The translations under genes and the position numbers were made by a program. Of a DNA stretch of 64,000 nucleotides, positions 58,301-64,000 are shown piece by piece. A model generated the notes under the pieces. That model had not been told where the DNA came from and did no database searches. It saw only the letters and a program-made list of their open reading frames with translations. Source of the DNA: Candidatus Wallbacteria bacterium (GTDB lineage: Bacteria > Muiribacteriota > JAQTZZ01); assembly GCA_028687545.1 (NCBI GenBank), contig JAQTZZ010000012.1:24315-88314 (forward strand). The letters are read 5' to 3'. Each line of letters opens with the position of its first letter. Within the stretch, counting starts at the first letter, position 1.

Positions 58301-58862
58301 ACTGTCCATCCAAAGCGGCAGCAGCAGGCTTGAGTATTTCCACTTTCTCGTGCTCGGACTGGAGCGGCTTGGCCGCAAAGCGGAACTGGCCCTGAACCTG
58401 CCGCGATATCTCGAAAATATCTCAGGAACCGGTAAGTTGGAACTTCTGATCCAGGCCGAAGAATTTGAAAGAGCGGCCCGCGAATGCGGCAACCTGCATG
58501 CTTCAGGCTATCAGGATCACGATTACCTGTTCCGCAAGCTGTCTGAAATCAGATTCAAGAAGTATCTCAAAACCAAAAAAGAAGACCCTGAATTCTCGCT
58601 TTACATGGCGCGGATTCTCAAGTCTCGCGGAGAGCTGCAAAAGTCGGTGGCGGAATATGAAAACTACCTGGTCAACTATCCACAGGATGAGCAGGCTACA
58701 TACGAACTCCTGAAACTCTGCCGGGAGCTGAAATACATGGAAAAGCTCCCGGAGCTCGCCAGGAAGCTCAATAAATTCAAGCCGGATTCACAGGAATACC
58801 TGCTGCTTTTAGACGAGATCACAGGGGACGTGAAGCTGAAACGGATGTATGGGCTGCATTGA
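55365..58862 (+). CDS. 1165-aa TPR/alpha-solenoid protein, translationally coupled to the upstream HEAT/TPR gene
   Basis: ATGA stop/start overlap at 55365..55368. The body is an all-helical repeat protein with a Glu/Lys/Pro-rich linker (EPKPAKKEIPEIDL...). Confidence 0.5.
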   Translation: MRNPKKFNSQDLDFHLHFLIDDISDPEPFIPELRKILEEGIWKILFQCLYKSCEAQLKNPIIPKDTWEALILLKVLANRTGVAYSEEDFNAAATNFEEKALLLRHLAGCRRISEQPWLDTYWNLYLKTKKISLHPDLPAVILLGGTLLEILGLSKEELSQELQQSRKILERDILMRGMDCFLPNPSEILKKRPEPKPAKKEIPEIDLASRVEIKAQEVKPAETVELEIKIPEIQLEKEPSLSVEISSEPPVPKPQILIQEVAAELSKEQKIKKTDAGSKIPSLPDNATEIKTESVELQAERLLEERDIPGLEDVLHRNRSQLAGESLHRFHEWIFRQKKDQQSFKLMLDSCLESLDDSRTIEILKDLLSSFSQPMIAEELLKLLEKHGDFQEMLELFTRLGHPSGNQLKAKLNQLIQLAEIRNSLSGMMSLLEFYLEKWPDDCNKQSQYLEVLVNQGNQKQIIVQAENLLESGQLPRLEGLLERVENAGISTLQLKSLKLQLLKQKGETAAYFSLAREIVRETDDHKLAISTLKHYFSTGDGENLSLILEALPAKGKYLHLLMELASRVQDAGIFLILSRKICEIDKDKAVHLSRLAEKFAEKLMEKPDGMLRELADFFSPLLFSLTEPWYQHLWRKKCLSPDEYEKILSEHNRIDQLLSFWKETGCSGKKLQEKLRLLERSLLPEKSPFLPVVYRELATLSPDQENYRSLLQSLFDFGIYNEIPDLLWFVFRNHQDSGFCESLILQLKKNRFFPHDLKRLLILSLLKNNTSDKYAKEMTEWGTLLLREAAQLEKLSAELLEMELSEAFITATIKIEPQETLEIACLLYHEADRAGKKLLQSHLGIFLLEHGKDSFIHETLGLLMEFGEWTRALEIIESRPEKSSYLGEIKTLTRIGNERAILLLFTAFCESADFENLEKEGCLFFRGTENLLVFLKKNGFHLPYLHVLLKQQSVPDLSELFSEMVRNEDWKTLVEAAELSIQSGSSRLEYFHFLVLGLERLGRKAELALNLPRYLENISGTGKLELLIQAEEFERAARECGNLHASGYQDHDYLFRKLSEIRFKKYLKTKKEDPEFSLYMARILKSRGELQKSVAEYENYLVNYPQDEQATYELLKLCRELKYMEKLPELARKLNKFKPDSQEYLLLLDEITGDVKLKRMYGLH

Positions 58863-58886
58863 CCTGGATGGCGGCCGGAAGTTGAT

Positions 58887-58918
58887 TAAAAAGGGCTGAA
58901 ACTAATCAGCCCTTTTTT
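58887..58918. terminator. bidirectional rho-independent terminator between convergent genes
   Basis: A6, then the GGGCTGA-aactaa-TCAGCCC hairpin, then T6. Confidence 0.6.
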
Positions 58919-58941
58919 AATGATAAGCAGTTTTCAACCCG

Positions 58942-60933
58942 TTAAGGGATATACTTAACCCAGCCGTTGATTGTGTTGAACGGAATTCCCCCCAGGAGGA
59001 AAGTGCTGCCCGGGAAGGACATTGCATAAGAGTAAGTCGTTCCGCTCGTCAGATTGACATTGCCGCTTGCATAGACAGCACTGGCCATTTTTGAGGTCAG
59101 GTTGATCGTTAAGATGCCTGAACTCACAGTGAAAGTGTTGGAAGCTGCATTGGTGTAAGACAGGGTGCTGGAGGAAACGGTTGCGGTCAACGAACTGTAT
59201 CCATTGATTGTAGCTATGGCTCCGGCAGGGACACTGAATCCGCCGGCTGAAGTGTAATTAAGTGCAGAAAGAGCGACTTCTGCTTTCTTGGTCGCACTCT
59301 GGATAGTAATCGAAACCGGGACTGAGAGGCTGGTCTGCGAAGTCGGCATGGTTACTGCCATCTCAGCGCTGAACACCGCTGTAGTGGTATCAGAAGTCGA
59401 GAGAGGAAGCTTGAAAGCGGGTGTGACACCTGAAATTATGGCTGCAGTGTTGCTCGACGGGGTGGACATGGTCACTGCAGTTCCGTTGATTCTGGTAATG
59501 GATACTGTAGCATACCAGGCCTGGAGATTGCTGTATCTGACAGAGCCTGTCACTGTGTTGAAGATATTCGCATCCGTTGTACCCCCATAAAGAAAATTGA
59601 TTGAGGGGAAGGACAATGTGTAGGTGTAAGTTGCGCCCTCTGTCAGATCACTGCCGGCACCTGCATAGATCGCATTGGCCATGGCAGGGGTCAGGTTGAC
59701 AGTCACCACGCTGCCGCTTACTGTGAAGGTATTGGAAGCGACATTGGTGTAAGTCAGACTGGTAGAGGGATAGGTTGCGGTCAATGAGTTGAAGATATTG
59801 ATCGTGGCAACAGCTGTGGCCGGGATACTGAAACCTCCGGTTGCATTGTAGCTGATCGAGGAGAGGTTGAGCACCGCTCGCTTGGCTGCACTCCGGATTG
59901 TAAGATTGACCGGGCTTGAAATGGAGGTCACCGAGGTCGAGGCCGGCATGGTGATCGAGATTTCGGCGCTGAACACCGCAGTGGCGGTATCAGAGGTCGA
60001 AAGCGGCAGCTTGAAAGTAGGAGGGGTCGTTGAGGCCGCCGCCACGCTCCCGCCGGCCGGAGATCCCATGGTGATTGCAGTGCCGTTAATCCTGGTGACA
60101 GCAGCAGTAGCATAGAGGTAGGTGTTGGTCATCGGCGTGGTAGTAGTGATGGTAGTATTAAGGGTATTGGCAGTGATTCCAGTTGCAGTTGATAGAGCGT
60201 TGATATCAACTGTGGCAGTTTTATCTGCGATCTTGATCACCTCAGACATCACATTATTCGCTGACAGAATCGTAGGTTTCATGATCTCGCCAAGATTGGA
60301 GTAGGCTCCGCTCACGCTGGCGACATCCAGGTCGTCGATGTCGCCGCTTCCCATGCGGGTGGCAACTGTGGCTTTGGCATCAGTGATAGCTGCAGCGAAA
60401 GCCATAATTGTAAGATTTGCTGATTTGTCGGTCAGGGCGGCCTGGATCTTGGTGCTGATCAGATCGGCAGTGATGTCAGTGACAGAAATGCTGGGGCCAA
60501 GCACCTGGAGTGTAGCAATCGTGGTGGCTGGAGTCATGGGCATGTTTCCATCGGCTGAAACCGAGGATTTGACGTTGAGCATGAGCTTCTCGGCGGAGTT
60601 TTCGGTGAATTTGAACATGAACACATGCGGGAGACTGTTGTAAATGCTGCTGTCAAGAATGTAAGCCTTGTATTTCCCGTTGGTCACAGCATTGGAATCC
60701 CAGTCGATCCTGCTGGCAATGTTTATATTTTGACCATAGTATCTGACCCAGCAATAAAAGCTTACATTGTTGGCGGAGCTGAGAAAAGCGTCATTAGCAA
60801 CCCCGTTTAAAGCAAGTTCTGCCGGAGCGGCTCCACCACCGCTGTCACCACCACCGCCGCCACAGCCCATCACAGGTACTAATGCGATCGCGATTGCTGC
60901 AACCAGGACAAATCCTAAAATTCTTTTTCCCAC
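58942..60933 (-). CDS. Ser/Thr-rich surface lipoprotein with an internal tandem duplication of about 190 aa
   Basis: Lipobox LVPVMGCGGGGGDSGGG. Two homologous segments begin YATAAVTRINGTAITMGSP... and YATVSITRINGTAVTMSTP... and share KLPLSTSDTxTAVFSAE. Confidence 0.5.
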   Translation of the reverse strand: MGKRILGFVLVAAIAIALVPVMGCGGGGGDSGGGAAPAELALNGVANDAFLSSANNVSFYCWVRYYGQNINIASRIDWDSNAVTNGKYKAYILDSSIYNSLPHVFMFKFTENSAEKLMLNVKSSVSADGNMPMTPATTIATLQVLGPSISVTDITADLISTKIQAALTDKSANLTIMAFAAAITDAKATVATRMGSGDIDDLDVASVSGAYSNLGEIMKPTILSANNVMSEVIKIADKTATVDINALSTATGITANTLNTTITTTTPMTNTYLYATAAVTRINGTAITMGSPAGGSVAAASTTPPTFKLPLSTSDTATAVFSAEISITMPASTSVTSISSPVNLTIRSAAKRAVLNLSSISYNATGGFSIPATAVATINIFNSLTATYPSTSLTYTNVASNTFTVSGSVVTVNLTPAMANAIYAGAGSDLTEGATYTYTLSFPSINFLYGGTTDANIFNTVTGSVRYSNLQAWYATVSITRINGTAVTMSTPSSNTAAIISGVTPAFKLPLSTSDTTTAVFSAEMAVTMPTSQTSLSVPVSITIQSATKKAEVALSALNYTSAGGFSVPAGAIATINGYSSLTATVSSSTLSYTNAASNTFTVSSGILTINLTSKMASAVYASGNVNLTSGTTYSYAMSFPGSTFLLGGIPFNTINGWVKYIP

Positions 60934-60997
60934 TTTTTCTCCTTGTGAAACTCAAAAAATTCTAACATCTTGATAAAGTTATGTCAGCAGTAGGGTA

Positions 60998-61819
60998 TTA
61001 TGATATGGGGTATAACCCTACAAATTGTTCTTTTGCCAGTTCAAAGAGCTTGTAAAGCTGCTCTGGTTTCAGTTCCTGAGCTCTTGATTTCAGGCTGATT
61101 CCAAGCTCAGTCAGAGATTTTTCCACTCTCCCCCTTTCTTCTTCGCTGTAGTTATTGCAGAGCATCTTTCTCCGGCAGGAGAATGCTTTTTTTACAAATT
61201 CTCTGAAGCTGTCGAAATCCTTTGGATCACGACGGCGCGGAGTGAAACTGAGGAGCAGGGAGCTGACTTTCGGGGCAGGATAAAAATTTTCAGGACCAAC
61301 CGGGAAAAGCTTTTTCACTTCATAGTAGTATCCAGTGAGAGCGGTAAAAAAACTGTAATTTTTTGAGCCTACCAATGCCTGCAGCCTGTCGCCGACCTCC
61401 TTCTGCAGCATGAACACCATCGGAAACTGGTAGGGAATCAGCTTAAAGATGATCTGGCTGGCAATACTGAATGGTAGATTTCCGACCACTGACAGGTCGC
61501 TGCCACAAAATTCGCTCAGATCTGCCTCCAGAAAATCAGCCTGAATCAGGGTGACGTTTTCCAGAGCGGACAATCGCTCAACCGAAATCCGATACAGTCC
61601 TTCGTCGATCTCATATCCGATTACTCTTGAAAACCGGTTTGCCAGAGTCTCTGTGAGCCCACCTGGCCCTGTTCCGATCTCAATCACAGTCGCCGCGTCA
61701 GGTACAATTTTTGAGATACGTTCGAAGATGGCGTCCTGCCAGAGAAAATTCTGACCTTTGCTTCTGGAGGGGCGGATTGCCAGACGCTCAAGGGTTGACA
61801 TCAGTTCGCTTTTTTTCAT
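60998..61819 (-). CDS. rsmA: 16S rRNA (adenine1518/1519-N6)-dimethyltransferase
   Basis: KGQNFLWQ, VIEIGTGPGGLT, VVGNLPF; AGGAG RBS. Confidence 0.85.
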   Translation of the reverse strand: MKKSELMSTLERLAIRPSRSKGQNFLWQDAIFERISKIVPDAATVIEIGTGPGGLTETLANRFSRVIGYEIDEGLYRISVERLSALENVTLIQADFLEADLSEFCGSDLSVVGNLPFSIASQIIFKLIPYQFPMVFMLQKEVGDRLQALVGSKNYSFFTALTGYYYEVKKLFPVGPENFYPAPKVSSLLLSFTPRRRDPKDFDSFREFVKKAFSCRRKMLCNNYSEEERGRVEKSLTELGISLKSRAQELKPEQLYKLFELAKEQFVGLYPIS

Positions 61820-63008
61820 CTGAGGCTCCTAACTCATACAGCAGGATCAATTCGCCAGACCCTTCATAACGATAAGCGCTGTTCTTGATGTTTTTGCGCT
61901 TGAATTTTGTGAGCGCACTGAAATACAGTTTCTCCAGCTGCCCTAATTCTTGTCGATCCAGCACTGCTGAAGAAAACACAAATACAATCATCTTGGCCCA
62001 GTCTTTCTGAAGCTTGCAATGTTTTTCGGGGGCAGCAGCCCAGTCCTGTACCGCTTTCAGCACCCGCTCGATGCAGCTGTCGACAGTTGCAGGATTTACT
62101 CTTGCCACCAGAGTCGTATCAGTCAGATGCCCAAGAAAAGCGTCAGGCTGAATCAGATGAAGGATTTCCTGAAGTTCAGTCACCAGCTCTTCCAGAAATC
62201 GATATCCTTCTATGAAACCGCTGCTTACGCTGACCAGATTCAAACCTATCAAGTGAAGCACGAGATATTCGTGTGTTCCGCTTTTCAGATCCCTGGTTAA
62301 CTTTGCCTGTGTGTAATAATATCCCGGCAGGCCGGTGATCGGATGACTGAGTCCGGCTTCTCCCACCTTAACTGTGATCCTGCGCAGAAGAATGGCGAGC
62401 TGTGATTTGAGCCTGTTCCATAGAAAAAAAAGCTTCAGGTCCTCTGTTTCAGAAGCCCTCGCTGGATCGATCTCTCCCAGTAACCTGGCAAATATGCGTT
62501 CAGGCCGAAGGAAAGCGAAATAAAAATAGTTCAGCACAAGCAGGAAAACCAGGAAGTAAAGCAGAGAAAGATAAAAAGTCAGCTTGAATTTCACACTCAA
62601 GCAGTAATGCCTGTAATTTCCGAGAAAGACTGAAATGCGGCAGTTCCCCTTTTTTTTCCCGGCTTTCAGGATGTCTCTGGAAAACTCCAGATTGTCCGAA
62701 ACCTCAACCGTTACTTCCCCGACCTGCATTACGATCCCGCCATCCGAACCGGTCAATGTGAATGAGGAAAAGTACGGATCATCCTTTAAAAGCCGTTCCA
62801 GGCTTTTTTTCAGAAAAAAGAAATTCTGCTCATCTTTGACGTTTTCGACCTGATAAACGATAAGTTCCAGCAGAGTTTCGTATCTTCCAATGATTTCATT
62901 TTTAAATCGGGCTGTCTGGTCTATGAAAAAAAAGTATCCGCAGCCGAAAAACAATGCTCCTTCGAGAAGCAGGAAGGAAAAAAGGAAAATGACCTGCTTG
63001 AATTTCAT
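61788..63008 (-). CDS. membrane protein with a degenerate GGDEF-like domain
   Basis: Two N-terminal TM segments. HPITGLPGYYY resembles the DPLTGLPNR start of GGDEF, but the GG(D/E)EF position reads FLGHLTDTTL, so it is probably catalytically inactive. Confidence 0.45.
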   Translation of the reverse strand: MKFKQVIFLFSFLLLEGALFFGCGYFFFIDQTARFKNEIIGRYETLLELIVYQVENVKDEQNFFFLKKSLERLLKDDPYFSSFTLTGSDGGIVMQVGEVTVEVSDNLEFSRDILKAGKKKGNCRISVFLGNYRHYCLSVKFKLTFYLSLLYFLVFLLVLNYFYFAFLRPERIFARLLGEIDPARASETEDLKLFFLWNRLKSQLAILLRRITVKVGEAGLSHPITGLPGYYYTQAKLTRDLKSGTHEYLVLHLIGLNLVSVSSGFIEGYRFLEELVTELQEILHLIQPDAFLGHLTDTTLVARVNPATVDSCIERVLKAVQDWAAAPEKHCKLQKDWAKMIVFVFSSAVLDRQELGQLEKLYFSALTKFKRKNIKNSAYRYEGSGELILLYELGASDEKKRTDVNP

Positions 63009-63014
63009 CGAGGT

Positions 63015-63674
63015 TCAGGAGAATCTGCCGATTTTGTCCGGAATGATCAGTTCAGCCCCTGTCAGACGGCGCACTTCTTCCAGAGTGGTGCCTTCCCAGA
63101 TCTCGCGGAGCAGAAGCCCCTTGTCCGTAACTTCCATCACTGCCAATTCTGAAACGATCAGGTTGACTTCGCGTTTCGCGGTAAGCGGCAAAGTGCATTT
63201 TTTAAGGATTTTCGGATCGCCGTTCTTCGTGACATGTTCAGTGGAAATGATTACGCGCCGGGCTCCGACTGTCAGGTCCATCGCTCCACCCATACCGGGT
63301 GTAAGTTTTCCAGGGACCATATAATTGGCAAGGTTTCCTTCCTGGTCCACTTCCAGCGATCCGAGGACCGTGGCGTCCACATGGCCGCCCCTGATAATTG
63401 CAAAGGAAGTGGCGCTGTCGAAAAAGGAACCTCCCGGCAGAACCGTGACAGGCTGGGAGCCGGCATTGGTCACATCCGGATCTTCCTTGCCAGGTTCCGG
63501 AGACGGGCCGAGACCCATCATGCCGTTTTCAGACTGCAGGATTATATTCACGCATTTCGGCACGTAATTTCCGACCAGTGTCGGCATGCCGATTCCCAGA
63601 TTGACCACATCGCCGTCCTTGAATTCCTGGGCTATTCTTTTCGCGATTCTTTCCCTTTCAGGTGCTACTGCCAT
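63015..63674 (-). CDS. 3-oxoacid CoA-transferase subunit B
   Basis: RIAQEFKDGDVVNLGIGMPT, the active-site Glu context SENG and GMGGAMDL. Confidence 0.85.
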   Translation of the reverse strand: MAVAPERERIAKRIAQEFKDGDVVNLGIGMPTLVGNYVPKCVNIILQSENGMMGLGPSPEPGKEDPDVTNAGSQPVTVLPGGSFFDSATSFAIIRGGHVDATVLGSLEVDQEGNLANYMVPGKLTPGMGGAMDLTVGARRVIISTEHVTKNGDPKILKKCTLPLTAKREVNLIVSELAVMEVTDKGLLLREIWEGTTLEEVRRLTGAELIIPDKIGRFS

Positions 63675-63675
63675 C

Positions 63676-64000
63676 TCACTCCTCCTCGCTGTAGATGTGG
63701 TCGACAACTATTCCCGGAGTCATCACCTGGTCCGGGTCGATGGAACCTGTTTCCACCAGATGCTCGGCCTGCACGATCACGACATCCGCGGCCATGGCCA
63801 TCAGCGGGTTGAAGTTCCTGGCTGTGCCGCGGAACACGAGGTTCCCGGCCCTGTCTGCGAGATGTGCTTTCAGTAACGCCACATCAGCGCGCAGAGGCGT
63901 TTCCAGTAAAAATGTTTTGCCTTTGACGTCCACTTTCTGTTTGCCCTCTTCAACCGCGGTGCCGAGCCCGGTTGGAGTAAGCACTCCACCCAGGCCTGCT
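63676..64000 (-). CDS. 3-oxoacid CoA-transferase subunit A (C-terminal part; the 5' end lies beyond the window)
   Basis: GTARNFNPLMAMAADVVIVQAEHLVETGSIDPDQVMTPGIVVDHIY is the typical subunit-A C-terminus. Confidence 0.8.
   Translation of the reverse strand, partial: AGLGGVLTPTGLGTAVEEGKQKVDVKGKTFLLETPLRADVALLKAHLADRAGNLVFRGTARNFNPLMAMAADVVIVQAEHLVETGSIDPDQVMTPGIVVDHIYSEEE

Overview
The window is a dense, mostly minus-strand bacterial chromosomal segment with no plasmid, phage or IS hallmarks and no CRISPR array. The gene content (many secreted C11/C25/M42 peptidases, 3-oxoacid CoA-transferase, FGE-domain surface proteins) suggests an uncultivated anaerobic amino-acid fermenter, possibly Cloacimonadota-like, but that is only a guess. 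Reading the window in order gives these blocks. (1) 1-16 kb is a glycosylation locus: four ArnT/PMT-like GT-C membrane glycosyltransferase modules (one separate gene running off the 5' edge plus a 1765-aa ORF that is a fusion of three), two GT2 Dpm1-like polyprenyl-phosphate sugar synthases, a GHMP sugar kinase plus sugar-1-phosphate nucleotidyltransferase pair, and a membrane-anchored YvcK. A secreted cyclophilin, an M42 peptidase and an unannotated 54-aa Flp-family pilin gene sit among them. (2) 16-23 kb holds a HEAT-repeat membrane protein, tRNA-Glu and tRNA-Met, and the conserved operon rpsB-tsf-pyrH-frr-uppS-cdsA. (3) 23-31 kb carries a family-5 ABC substrate-binding lipoprotein, a clostripain-like C11 peptidase, a secreted HExxH protein and a Hanks-type Ser/Thr kinase with TM, GAF and TPR parts. 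(4) 31-35 kb carries a radical-SAM/SPASM-TPR enzyme overlapping a HemW-like radical-SAM gene that has an apparent frameshift. (5) 35-48 kb contains three secreted FGE-sulfatase (SUMF1-type) domain proteins, one of them a 1769-aa protein with three FGE domains, four Fn3 domains and near-identical 255-nt tandem repeats. An EamA transporter with a roughly 60-aa His-rich tail and a gingipain-like C25 peptidase lie between them. (6) 48.5-49.9 kb encodes a short bacterial homologue of the eukaryotic major vault protein. It is followed by a putative outer-membrane protein and, divergently, two roughly 1160-aa HEAT/TPR proteins. (7) 59-64 kb carries an internally duplicated Ser/Thr-rich lipoprotein, rsmA, a degenerate GGDEF membrane protein and 3-oxoacid CoA-transferase B/A. 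All assignments come from reading motifs in the translated ORFs and the raw sequence; no database searches were run.
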